The notes beneath the pieces are model-generated. The model ran no database searches. It was not told where the DNA came from and saw only the letters and a list, made by a program, of their open reading frames with translations. A DNA stretch of 63,725 nt, counting the filler, from Licmophora abbreviata (Eukaryota): the NCBI GenBank assembly GCA_900291995.1. It is 6 parts of 6 records of this genome, joined end to end, with 100 filler letters (N's around TTAATTAATTAA, not from the genome) between each part and the next. Parts side by side here need not be neighbours in the genome. Positions count along the whole stretch, not along the records: positions 1 to 31,618 come from OLMU01001266.1; 5 more parts are not named here. One strand, 5' to 3'. Both the position numbers and the translations under genes were made by a program. Positions 1 through 12,463 of this stretch are shown one piece after another; within the stretch, counting starts at the first letter, position 1, and each line of letters begins with the position of its first letter.

Positions 1-3000
1 ATGAGCGGTCTCAAGCTGCGCCTCGGACTCCAGGAGACGGGAATGCGCAGCAGCTGACTTCTGTTCCGCATCGGCTCGCCCTTGCGACTCTTCGTCCACC
101 CGCGCCGTGAGATAGTCAAGTCTGGGTTGCATCGATCTTAGGGCCTCCAGTTCTTTGTTAGTAGACTGCAGGCGATTGTCTCTGTCCTCCAACTGAGACT
201 TCAATGCGTCGCTGTTAGCTTCTTCCTGGCTACATTTAAGCCTCTCGTCGTGAACCTGACTGCGTAGATCTGCTAGACTGGGCTTCAGAGAGCGCAAGCT
301 CTGCACATCGGCGCGGAGCACCTGGACTCCAGATTTACTCTTCTCTAGGCGCGCTTGGAGATCGGATGAATTCATTTCTGTCTGTGACAAAATTCGGCGC
401 GCGTCGTCAAGCTGCCTGCGTGTGTCCAGAAGGGTGGACTCGAGGGAATTGCGCTCTTTGAGAGTGGCTTGCAACGAATCGCGAGCCGTCTGTGTGGATA
501 TTTCCGTGTCACGAATAGTGTTCTCATGCTCCTTCAACTCTGTCAGTATTTTCTTTCTTTCAGCCAGCAAACGTTCCAGTTTGTCCTTCGCATCTCCTTT
601 GAAGCTTCTCAACGCCTCTTCCTTCTCTTCCCTTTTTGTTCTTTCCTTTTCGTATTCGGTCTGAATGGCAGCCAATTCCTTCCTGACCAGGGTCAGCTCT
701 TCATCACGAGAGGCTAGCAAAGATACCGTCCGGGAGAGCTCGGCGGACGCATCGTCAGCAGCTCGGCGTGATGCAGACAAAGCTGCGTCGTCGTCCACTT
801 GCTTTAGCCTGGCATGGGACGAGTCGATTCGGAGCTTCGAGATCTCGTCCTTCAATTCTCGGATCAATGCGTCCGCGGTGGCCGCGTCTTCGTCAGAGCT
901 CTTCCTGGCAGTGGCCAGCTCCAACTCGAGCGACGACATTTCACGTTCTAGAGACGATATCCGCGACTTTTGCGTTTCATCTTGTTTCGCCGCGTCTGCT
1001 TGATGCTTCGACAAGGCACTCGATAGGTCCTTCTTCTCTTCATGCAGCACCGAAAGCTCGTTCTCACAAGATTTGTGCTGATCCAAAAGAATGGAATGTT
1101 CGGTTTTCAAATCGGCGTAGCCCTCGAGTTGTCCACGTTCGTGGTCGCCAATCTGTTCAAGTCTATCGCGTTCATTTGACAGATTCTCCAGATCGTTCCT
1201 CAACGCAGCAATGATCTTTTCACAACGCGAATGGTCCGCCCGCAGCGTGAGCAATTCTCGCGCCGTCGCTTCTAGCTCGTCAGCTGTAGAAGTTTGTACA
1301 CCGGCAAGCGCTTCATACTTGGAGATTCTCGACTCTGACTGTTCCAGTATAGCATTTCTTTCCTCTGTTACTTTCGTCAGCTGATGTTCTAGCTTGTCCT
1401 GGGCGGCAATAGCTTCCTCGGCTATTATTTCCATGGCATTTTTGTCCCGAATGGCGGTGTCGAGCCTAGATTCTAGCTCGGTGGACTCGCTTTCGTACTT
1501 TGAGCACTTCTCTTCGTACTCTCGGACTTGACGAGTCGACACTTTCTGTAAGGAACAGACTTCGCTCTCTACCCTCGACCGAGCTCGTTCGGCTTCCTCG
1601 AGCGAACTCTGCTGCGTCTGCTCATAACTTCTAAGTTTTTCGATCGAGAGACTACTAGACCGCCACAGTCCGCTGTGAAGACGCCTTATCTGATCGACAT
1701 AGCATGCAAGATTTTCAATCTCGTTAACGTATCTGGCAGCATGGGAAGCTGAGTCAATAGGAGTACGGACAGATTGATTCACTGACAGTTGGAGTGGGCT
1801 CGTGTCGACGTGCTCATGAGAGACCTCAGAATATCGTTGAGGGATGGCCTCTACACTCCTGCGGGAAGTTGTTGACGCAGATAGTGGATGAGTTGGACAT
1901 GTCCCGCTCTCGTCGGCCTCGTTGGCATCCGTATCGACTTGGAACAGTTCCGTCTCTTCTCGCGAAGCTTCGAGGTACGAATGGAGCAAGGATTTATTGC
2001 CATCCGTGTCCGAGATGTCTACTTTGGGATCACGAACTTGTGAGCGGGCGTCATCCTGCACACTTAGATCGGCAATGTCGGACCGCAACCCGCTTATATC
2101 CGAAGAGCTTCCAATATCTTCAAAATTTTCAAGCAAATGCTCGTCGGGTCCTTGAATATGTCTGGCCCGCTCCTTGGCAGCAGAATCTAGGAGTCGAGAT
2201 CCGTCGCGCGCTACAAAAGAGTCTGCGCTTTCGGCTTGACGCACTGCGAGATTGAATGGATCTGACTCGTCATACCCGGATTCCTCCCATTGGCCCTGTT
2301 CAATCTTGTTATAGCCTCTTGGCTTGTGAAGATAGACATCGGTGTCCCATTCGTCTTTCTGTCGCGTGTCCGAGGACTTATCAACTGTGGTCGAGACACT
2401 GAGTGAGAGGTTGTGACCGTGACCCGACTCGCGGAACGAATCTGGGTCATCAAATCGATCGCTGATGTCGGCGCCCCGTCTGGCGAGGCCTACGGCATTG
2501 TCATCCAAAACATCATGCACATCGTGTGTCCCAGCCAACATCGCAGTGCTTTTAACTTCTCTTTCACTGGGAGATTGATCGCTGAGCACGTCTTCCGCCT
2601 CGTTGTCGAGCCAGTCGCTGGAAACTGATGCAAAGGATTGCTCCAGAGCCGTTTCTTCACTTGCAAATAGTTCGAGATCTGTATGGGGATCTATGACTGT
2701 CCCGTACTCTTCTTTCAATGCGGGCTCATTTTCGAGAGATTCTCGCAAATGAGCCGGTGAATGCCGCGTTGCGACACTTCCGGGGTCGATTTCCATATAG
2801 TCGTACGGCTCATACCTGTCCCCACTACGTTCACCCCTCGTCTCATCGAGGTCCAGCTTTCGAGGTGATATGACTGGCGCCGGAGCGACCTTCTTCGCGG
2901 ACGGTGATGGAGTCGGCTTCTTCATCAGCTTGGCAAGCCTCTGTCGTGGATCTGATAGCACATTTTTGAGAAGTTCGTCGCTATCGGCATTGCTACCGAG

Positions 3001-4883
3001 CTGTTCAAAACAATTGTCCTGCCGTGAAGTAGATTTGTCTTGGTCGCGGTGATATGAAGAGCTGAAGGTGCTCTGGGCCGTCTTGCCTGGTCGACTCAGA
3101 AGCCGATTAGCATAGTCAAGAGTGTGAAGCGTCCGTTCATATGACACAGTACTTGCCGAAGCAGCCACAACAATGACTGATCGATTGCCTTCTCTTTCTA
3201 ATGGCCGTTGAAGGAGCTTAGTGAGAGTGCACTCGCGATATGAAATGGCACGAGATGCAGTCTCCCCAGCTTCCCGTAGCAGTAAGCCTCGCAACACGCC
3301 GCGAAGCGCAGACACGGAATTGCGAAACGAAGCCATCCGACGCGTGCTTCGCGCATCCAGCCTGGCGGGTCCATCCTCGCCGCTGGCCAAGTCAACGAAC
3401 TGAAGCGACGTGCATTTGGCACCGTTCGCCAAATCAAACTGAGCTCCATTCTGCCACACATTGATCGTTGTAAGGACATGTCCTGGTGCCCCTTCTCTTT
3501 TGCGGGCCCGCAAAGCGGAGACTGAGTGAAACGCTTTGCGTGTCAAGTGCTGTGGCAAAGTACAGAACGTGCAAGGATCCATTTTTGTGAGAATGTGTAC
3601 GATCAGCCTAGTCTAGCTCAGCGCATTAAATACTGTACCTCCAAGCCAGTCAAAGAGTCGAGCGGCACGTCCGAAAGGTTCTGTACTGTTGCGCCTTTAT
3701 TGTCGGGGTGGCGAACTCTAAGATGCGACTGCGATCCAACTGGATCGTCCGACAATAGATCTCTCAATGTATCTTCGTCCACTATTTCAAGTATCGACAG
3801 TGTACAGACAGCATCTTCGGGTAGATGTTCCAGCAAGGCCGCAAACGTCAAACCCAGCAGACCATATCGCTCCGGCGTCACGTCGCCCTGTCTCTGGTAT
3901 GCAGCGGACCCAAACATCGTCGCAGTTCGCCCACTCCCCTGCGCGCCCATTCCCATGCATAGACTGCTCTGCTGCCGAATTACTCCATCATTTGCTAGGG
4001 AATGCGCCAGTTTCGCAAAGGCGGAGAACGCCAGGCTGTTATCGCTGCTCTCCAGGCTCGGCCAAACTACTTCGTCAAACCTGTACCGGCGTGCCCAGTC
4101 TTCCGTTTCGATGTTTGCCTATGATGATCATGTACAAATAACGCCATGTGAGCAAAGATCGTTTAAAAACAAATGCCCAAGCGCATAACGGCCAGTAGTA
4201 TGCCTTACCACGTTCGCGACGAGCCGTGCCGTTTCAATTGTGACCTCGCCCGGAATAAACTTGCCAAATGCGGACGGATTGACTAGTACCAAATCTTTGG
4301 TCTCTGTCGCCGAAGCAGCCTTCATAGTGGCCGAAATAGGTGACATCATATCGCTTGGCGGGGTTGTTATTGTCTCAGATACTAGGGGAAATAGACAAAG
4401 ACGTTTCTGTTTCAGCTTTTGCGGAACGTGGACTCGCACAACGACTGATACGGTACGACAGGGAGCCAGGCTCAAGTCAGCTTTCTTCTCGGTGTCCCAG
4501 GACACAGTTGATTGAGTTCGACCGGACGCATTATTTGCTCTCAGAGGGGGCGAAAAAGGGGACAACGGACCCCGCGAACGCAGTGGCATTGGTGAAACCA
4601 TTGTAGACGTCGTGTCTTCCAAAGCCTGATGGAGAGTCGATTCAAGATGACTCGCAGTCGATGTTGCCCGTTCAACAAGAATGCTCGTCAGCGGTTTCTC
4701 TGAATTTTTCTGTCCTGGGAACGTGTCCCCTGGATCGTCACTGGCAGCAGCGTCCGCCAGAGAGTTGGGACTGCCACTGAACTCCACGGTGTCGTGCTGC
4801 ACTCCGATGGCGGCGTCTTGCGCGACGAGCACCGATACCGCGCCTGTCGTATCTCCCAGATAGTCTTCGAGAGAATCCTCCAT
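1..4883 (-). CDS. Divergent kinesin motor-domain protein with very long C-terminal coiled coil (3' partial, runs off window)
   Basis: Exons 4209-4883, 3639-4118 and <1-3549 (GT-AG introns 4119-4208, 3550-3638). The spliced product has YRFDEV, GAQGSGRTATMFG (P-loop), LSILEI..DTLRDLL, LQFVDLASGE, ISYRECTLTKLLQ and YERTLHTLDYANR, all kinesin-like. An E/K/L/R-rich heptad region follows, and the frame is still open at position 1. Confidence 0.85.
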
Positions 4884-5282
4884 ATCAGGCTACCGATGAG
4901 ACACCTAGTCAGTCTTGTCAATGTGTCGAAATTTAAATGCAAGAGGGCAACAGAAAGGCCAGCAGAGCCACATTAACATGCCATAGCCGGGCAAACACAC
5001 CGGAACTACCTACCCGCAGGTACCACAACCAGAATGCGCCACTTTCAACTTTTGTTTTGTTGATTGCCAAAGTCACAACTAGTCGGATGAGTCGGAGGCT
5101 GGACCGGGACACGGGAAGGAACGAGTCGAATGAGTCGTGCGCACCATCGGAATAAACGAACCGTATGATACCGGTACTTGGTATGATGAGCCTACTCGAT
5201 ACTGGCATGGCAGCTTGTGATCCACCGGCATAGCGCTAGCCTACACATTTATGTTCTGTCTGCAGCCTGCGACACATAGAAA

Positions 5283-7766
5283 TTACATTGCGGCCGCCGT
5301 TCGGATGTCGGAGATGAAGACCTTCTTGAACTCGTCAAAAGTAACAGTTCCTGAACTGCCCAAGTCCAGAACTCTCATTATTTCCCCGATTTCTTCATCC
5401 GAGTAGTCTGGATTCATGTCTCTCATCAGGCTACCAATAGCATCCATGTCCAGATTCTCCTTACTCGTACGTACAGCGTCGAATGCCTTTCTGGGATTGT
5501 CGTACGGAAATTCATTCTTCAACCTCAGTACGACCGCCTTTTTGAAATCACGCCTGAGACACAAATCGCGGAAGCTCTCCTTCGTACCAGCAGACTCATC
5601 AATAAGTTTTCGAAAGTCGCTTCCAGGCATTGCGTAGGCTATGCAACCTTCATCGGACGCGCACTTTGCTGTACAGTTACGAGGAGTGCCTGTCAATACT
5701 GAGTGCTCGCCGCATACATTGCCGGGGGTAGCAACAAATACAGTCTTGTCCTTGACGAGGATTTCCACATTCCCATTCTCGATCAAAAAGAGAGCGTCGC
5801 CTTCCTCTCCTACAGAAAAGAGACTATCTCCCTTGATATACTCTCGCTCGTCTAGACTCTTCTGGAGTCGGAGGATAGTCTTGGCGCGATTACGTTTTCG
5901 GATCTTATCTTTCTCTTTCAACGTAAGAAGCAGTGCCGAATCAGACGTGGCAAGGTACTTTTCAAAGAATTCACGGCTAATCTCCATAGCATGGACAGGA
6001 GTTTTGCATCGAATAGAGGCAGACCGCTGCTTTGTCGGGTGCAACAATGCGCCTTCTCCGAAAAAGTTCCCTCTGGAGAAACGAGCAATACATTGTCGTG
6101 TGTTAGCGAAGATCGAAGCAAATCACCTCCAGGCACACGAAATCTCTACTTACGGCCCTCGTGTGACACGCGAGCCATCGTTCGTAACCACTTCGATGAT
6201 GCCACTATTGATAAAGTACATTGCGTGGCCCTCCTCTCCTTCTCGATAGATCACATGTCCCTTTGGCCAGTACCGGTTCTTCATGTTCTCGGCAAGCAGG
6301 TCTGAGAATCCCGATAAACTGAGCGGCGGGTGCTCAAAGTCTTCGCTGTCGCCTCCTTCCGCCTCCTTCGACGAGAGATTCTTCAAGTCAGTCTTTGTAA
6401 TATATCCCTTGCGCTGTGGATCAAATGATCGAAAGGATCTTTCAATTAGCGACGTCTTTCGAGAAATGTCGTCGACGTCGCCCTGATCAGACCAATTCAC
6501 GATATCCGCGAACACTTTCGCTTCCAGTTTGCTCTTAAACTTGCGATACGAGGACAACTTCTTGTCGGAATCGGCAATCTTGCGTTGGCTGGCTGTTTCT
6601 CCTTTCACCCATGGATGATCCAACATTTCTAGTGCCGTGATTCGTCTCCTTGGACTAGGGGCCATGAGCTTTTCAATCAGGTCGATCGCGGAGTCGCTTA
6701 GATGAGCTGTAATCCGCGAGTTCCGGATTGGCGGCTTCTTTCTGGACAAAACTTTCTTTACGATGGCGTCATCGGATGCGCCTCCGCTCAGATCAAAGGG
6801 ATGCACACCGGTCAACATGACATAAAGAATTATGCCCAGTGCCCACATGTCCATGGATGGTTCCATGCGAGACTTCCGTCGTCGCTTGTCCAGGACCTCG
6901 GGTGGGCAGTACGCTGGCGTCTTTCCCGCATCGCCATCTCGGTCGTCAACAGAGCTTGAAAAGGTGTCGTCCGCTGTTACCTGCGCACAGCCAAAGTCCA
7001 CGAGTTTAACGACCGCATCACTTGGATTCCTGGAGCTCAACATGACATTCTCCGGTTTCAAGTCGCCGTGCACCGTGTCGAGTCCGTGAACAAAGGAAAG
7101 CGCTGAGGCGACTTCCCGTACCATTCTTGCTGCGTCTGCCTCACTGAAGGCACCATTGGAAACCAAATGATCAAACATTTCGCCTCCCACAATCAAGTCC
7201 AACACTACATAGTAGCACCCGTCTTCGTCGAAATGTTCGCGCAGCAAGCATATGTTCGGATGCCCACCGGCTTTTCGGAGGTGTAACAGAGCGTTCATTT
7301 CTCTTTGAAAGGCCTGGTTATCGGTGTATTGCTTTGATATTTTCTTTAGTGCCACTTTCTCGCCTGTTATCTTATCGGTGGCCAAGTAGACTGCTCCAAA
7401 CGCTCCCTCTCCCAAAACATCTCCCCAATGCACGTCGTACTTGCTGCTAAGCGATGCGCGAGTCGAACTGCTATCCAGCATTCGAATTGTGCTCTGTCGA
7501 GTGAGTGTTTTGTCCAAAACGAGCTGCGCTTCACAAGCAGAGGAAGACAGGAGAGGAGAAAGGTGTAGCGGGGACGACAACATTGTTGAAGGAGAAGACG
7601 TAGCACCGTCGCCCTGGTCATTAGTGGCAGATTTCTCAATTTTTCGGTGCCGCCGGCGCTGATCCTCCAACAAAAGCAGCGAAGCGACGGCCCCAACAGT
7701 CCCTAGCTGCCCTGGGGACAGGTATCGGACCCTCCGAGAGATCAATGACAGTCTAGCATTCCACAT
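5283..7766 (-). CDS. CAMK/CDPK-like Ser/Thr kinase with EF-hands and two cyclic-nucleotide-binding domains
   Basis: Exons 6154-7766 and 5283-6072 (intron 6073-6153). Kinase motifs GEGAFG, VALK, HGDLKPEN, DFG, DMWALG. EF-hand loops DPQRKGYITKTDL and DLGSSGTVTFDEF. CNB motifs GNFFGEGAL..RSASIRC and GNVCGEHSV..RNCTAKC. Confidence 0.9.
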
Positions 7767-8466
7767 GGTTGAAGCGTGCTTCAAGTGTCATGTGCAAATT
7801 TCACGCATGTCACCCGTCAAACGTCAACGCATCACTCGCATGAATCAATCTTTCTCGTGGCGATGAAATCACAGACACCCATAACCCATATTGTGGTAAT
7901 TCAATATTCTATCCTATCATGAGGGGAGTTTCATAGACCCATTTGTGTATTATACGCTTCGTGTACTAAGATGAATATAAATCTCAAAAACTTGGATCCA
8001 TTCCCGTAGCCTAGGTGCATACTGGTACCTGGTACAAGGTATGCAGAAGGATGAGGAGCTTGAGCACATTGAACATGCAGTACCACCAGCACCATCGCGT
8101 TTCAGCTCCATGCATATTTTGCGACACTGCTGGTGAGATCAGTACCCTACCAGGTAACAGGTACAGCTGCAGTCTCAAGCATTGCTGTTAACACTTGTTC
8201 TCGACGGCGCGGGTTTGGTCGTCTGCCATGCTCGGCTCGAGGTGCTCTTTCTAGGCCGACAGGCGAAATTCAACTTTGAATATATACAAATATTCCAAAT
8301 CTTCGCTCGAGGAAGTCGCCACCGGCTCTCACACGAAAATTCGAGCTTGACTCTTGTAGAAAGTCCACAATGCAATGCACCGCTGCGGTTGAGTGATCTC
8401 GTTGGCCTTTTTCATCCACGTCCTTGCTTGTGCTAAGACGCCCTCGCCTCTCCATAGAGAAACGTC

Positions 8467-9687
8467 ATGAACGAAAGAAGAGAGAAAAGCAGTGGGTATT
8501 CGAGCGACTCGTCGATGCAGTCCGAGTCGCAGGCGACTCCGACTCGCGAGCCGCCGAAAACCTCACTGAGAGGAGCGAAATCAATCAGCAAATTGGAACG
8601 GTTTGTTGAAGCTGCCTCATCCTTTAAGAAGAATGGATTGACAGACACAGTCTCGTCCTTCCGGGAAATCGCTAGCGATACGATTGGGGATGTCAAGGAT
8701 TGGGCGAATCAAAATTTGAACCCGGAGACCGATGAAGAGGACTGTTCCCCGGGCTCGGAAAATCACTGGGCCGACAATGTTAGCAAGATGTACGCCCCTA
8801 GAACACAGGAAGATGGTATGATAATGTGTTCAGATCGAGCTGTCGAGACTCTCTACGGGGCAAAGTCTAGCATGCACCTGCTAGGACGCAAGTTCGCCCA
8901 GAACGATGGTTCCGAAAGATCAACCGTGGGGACGATTTTCCAAAGCGTCATTTCTCCCTTTGTAGCCTGCGGAGGTGGAATCACGGACCGAGGTAAGAGA
9001 TACAGCCCTAACGTCGACTGTACATCTCCTCAGTTAAATGAAAGCAAGACTTCCGCATCGTCAGCGCGCTCCAACTACTTGGACCCCATCTTGATGGCGT
9101 TTCATGACACCCCGAGCTTCGACGACGGATCGCTTTGTACCACCGATTCGAATTCGGGCGACTATGATCATGTGCGCGACATGACGTCCCGGGAGACAAT
9201 TGGGACCTACAAATCAGAGAGAACAAGTGCGACGCACTATGCTCGCTCCTCGACCGTTACACGCGACGATGATGGACGCGTCATTCCGCGTCAGCTACTG
9301 GAACAACGGGAACGGCGGCGACAGCTCCGTCATGCCCGTCGGAAGCGACTCGTCAAGTTCAGTTACCCGCCCATTACTTCGGTGCGGGAATTTCCTCGGG
9401 CAGATCCCGCAGATCTTCCGAACCTCTTCTATACCGAGGAGGAGCTCGATCAGATGGAAGACGATCGATTCAACACCATGACTGCAGACGATGTAGAACT
9501 CGTTGCCGTCTCATCTGGAAAGAACAAAGAAGACGCGAGTGATGACTGGGATGAGCTCATGTTTCGCCAATGTAGCAAGACTAATTCGACCGACGCTACA
9601 GAATACTCGACCGCGCCCTTTGCGAGCTTTTCTCGCTACGTCGGCAGTCCCAAGCAATCTAAGAAGAACAGACCGAAATCTCCATAG
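8467..9687 (+). CDS. Hypothetical low-complexity protein with RVxF-like motif module (RLVKFSYPPITSV...LFYTEEELDQMEDDR)
   Basis: 406-aa ATG-initiated ORF. Its motif block is shared with the gene at 20380-21642. Confidence 0.8.
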   Translation: MNERREKSSGYSSDSSMQSESQATPTREPPKTSLRGAKSISKLERFVEAASSFKKNGLTDTVSSFREIASDTIGDVKDWANQNLNPETDEEDCSPGSENHWADNVSKMYAPRTQEDGMIMCSDRAVETLYGAKSSMHLLGRKFAQNDGSERSTVGTIFQSVISPFVACGGGITDRGKRYSPNVDCTSPQLNESKTSASSARSNYLDPILMAFHDTPSFDDGSLCTTDSNSGDYDHVRDMTSRETIGTYKSERTSATHYARSSTVTRDDDGRVIPRQLLEQRERRRQLRHARRKRLVKFSYPPITSVREFPRADPADLPNLFYTEEELDQMEDDRFNTMTADDVELVAVSSGKNKEDASDDWDELMFRQCSKTNSTDATEYSTAPFASFSRYVGSPKQSKKNRPKSP

Positions 9688-10377
9688 CGGTATCATCGTG
9701 AAGCTCCGTGGCCGGAGAGTATTGCCTGTGGATGTGACGAGCCCACGACCAGCAACGAAGTACCGAGAGAACAGTACATGAGCCTCTCAGACGAAAATGT
9801 GTTCATAAACAGAGGACGACGAAGAACAAATTTCATGTCAATCAGTAGCCGCTTTGAGTCTTTCGCCCCATGACGGTACTGATGTCGACCTGACTTATTT
9901 TTCGTAGGGCGCACCGGGTGGGCAGACTATCGGCCAGCAGCAATCTCATGTATTAGTAACTTACTTTGTCACTGTAGTCTACTCCGAGTACGACGTAACT
10001 GACTGCAAACGACGGACTTAGTGACGCTTTGCACCTCCAGTCTCAACTTCTCCGGGTGTCTTTCCGTCTTTGTGACATGACATGGACGATGACGTGACAG
10101 CTGCTGCTGCAATGCGTGGCCGGTTGAACCAACGGGATTCTGGATTCGCTTCGAGAAGCTTGCTTGACACTTTTCTCCGGTCGAACTGTCTGCGACATTT
10201 TACTTATTCATGAATCTATTTCAAGACATTTGATTGGTCAAGTACCTTCGTCAAACCGTCATATACGAACTCATAGAAGCATCGGACGTCAAGATCGGTG
10301 TCTTCCGGAGATGTCCCGAAGTTTTTGCAACTGTTTCATGACACTATGAACATGAAGTTTCAGCAGTAAAGACTACA

Positions 10378-11781
10378 ATGACGCCTCCACCCGACGATTC
10401 GTCGTCGTCCAGGCGACAGAGCACCCCCAAAGATACATTGGCCAAGTTCGCGTCTCTCTTGGGCACGTTTCGACTGAAGAAAGCGGCAGAAAATCCGGAA
10501 AGTCCATTGGAATCGGTCTTCGTCCCCAACAACAATTCTCTTGTTAGACTGTTCGAAAGTGAGTCTCACGACACTCGCCTGGGGTCTTTTTCGTCTCTGT
10601 CGCTCGCTACTCTTGTGGGAGAGAAGCGCGTGGTGCCGGGTACCGAGAAGGAGCTTGTCGAGGCTCATGCGGTTTCGAATTTATCTCGAGCCCTCATTGT
10701 CGACACCAGCGCTGATGCCCAGTACCGTTTCACAAGCGGAGCAGACTCCGACGAGTCACTGGAACCCTTTATCACCGACGATTTAAGTAATGTCCCCAAT
10801 CTGATTCTGGACAACGTCGCGGCATCCTTTGCTTGCTTGGTTGAGGCCCGACTGCGTGCGTACCTGACGCTCTTGGCGCGTCACGGTGTTTCCATCTCCA
10901 CGTCCAATGACATTCCCGACGACGAAAAGGACGAGGCCATCCAGGCAGTCGAGCACAAGCTAGCGTGTCTTCTGCAGATAGGTACACACATTTCAGTCGA
11001 CAATCTAGTGACAAACTTTGGTGCCCCTGGAAAGCTAGTGTTCCCCAGTCGAAAGGACGGCATGGAGACGATCGCCACGCCCATTGGAATGGCGGCCGGG
11101 CTCGATGTCGTGATTCCGAGATTGGAGCCTTCGGCAGGCAGTGAACGTCTTGCGATCGCTGCCAAGACGGGAGGTTTCATCACAGGTAGGTGGCACACAT
11201 GGTAGCTCTTGCTTGTGGGCGATTCTGAATAGTTTGTCTCTAACTCCTTCCTCGGTCGATCTGAACTCACTTTCACCTCAGGTACCTTCCGAGAAGGCTC
11301 CACACGACTCTCATCCGTCGAGGTTGAGCTCGACACAGGCAGGTTGTTGAGCGTCATGATGCACGAAGCGGCCAGAGTGATATCGACTGCCCTCGAACAT
11401 GCCAACGAGGTGTCGACGTTGCTTCGTTCGATTGAGTCGACGACGGATGCAAAGCTGGCCCAAGTACCGACGCATGCGCCCCTCCAGAAGCGAGAAGTGC
11501 GCATGCCGGATGCAGTCGCCGAGCTCGACGGCCCGGAAGTCCCCATTGTCTCCCCCGACCTCCGGGCTCTACTTGAATCTCGCCGTGAGGTTGCCTCGCT
11601 ACCGCCGTTGAATCTAGCGGACCGCGACGACGATGACAATGCTGAAGTGTCGTCTGACTTGTCGCCCTCGAGCTGCGCGAACATTGTGGACTTTGTCATG
11701 GAAGAAGTGGGCGACAACTGCTTTCTTACTTCACGTCCGCGCAAGAAGATGAGGCTCGACGCCCGGCCACAGGTCATGTAA
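10378..11781 (+). CDS. Hypothetical protein (two exons)
   Basis: ORFs 10378-11205 and 11344-11781 join in frame through GT-AG intron 11186-11281 (ITG|TFREG). The C-terminal RPRKKMRL resembles an NLS. Confidence 0.75.
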
Positions 11782-12463
11782 CGTGTCTCGGTTTTCTCCA
11801 GGAGACGAGCTGCCTGTACAGCACTACCACTACACTCTTGTCACGCCATTGTGTCATCATCATGTTATTGCTCCATTGTTGAACGACATTACCTCCCGAC
11901 ATTTACCCAAGTTTCTACGTTCCTCAATCACATATACCGTCTCTGTCACGATACATTGAGTATCCACTCCCGCATCGACCGCGTATGCTTCTTTAATTTG
12001 GCACCGCTTCCACCCCCTTCGCTAGGACAGTTTTGAGAATATTTTGCGTCCACCGGAAGCCATGTCCTTCTTTTACAAAACCAATCCAATCCGCTAATAC
12101 CAGTACTGCGAATGCCGCAGCATTCAAGGAGGTTGCAACACCACTACCATAGAACCCATGCCCTGTACAAAGTAATTCCAATAAGATACTAAGAGGCCCT
12201 GTTGCACACCTGACGTTCGACTATCGTTTGTTACAGTAAACACTCTTTTTACGAAGTTTCTTAGCACGTAAAGTTCGCAAGAGCGCGGGCGCTCCCCCAA
12301 TTCACAATGACGCAACGGATGATGCGACGGGCAAACGCAACAACGCAACGCATCGGTCGCGTGTGATACGAATGGGACTAATAAGAGCCACAAAGTGTGT
12401 CTTCATCACCATCGTCTTTACAATCGACCCTCATTTCATTCCTGGCGCTGCTGAAAGAGGACG

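Noticed and set aside
422..3052. Numerous plus-strand ORFs in the first 3 kb
   Set aside because: They are antisense shadows of the long minus-strand kinesin exon, which the ORF track omits because it has no stop inside the window.
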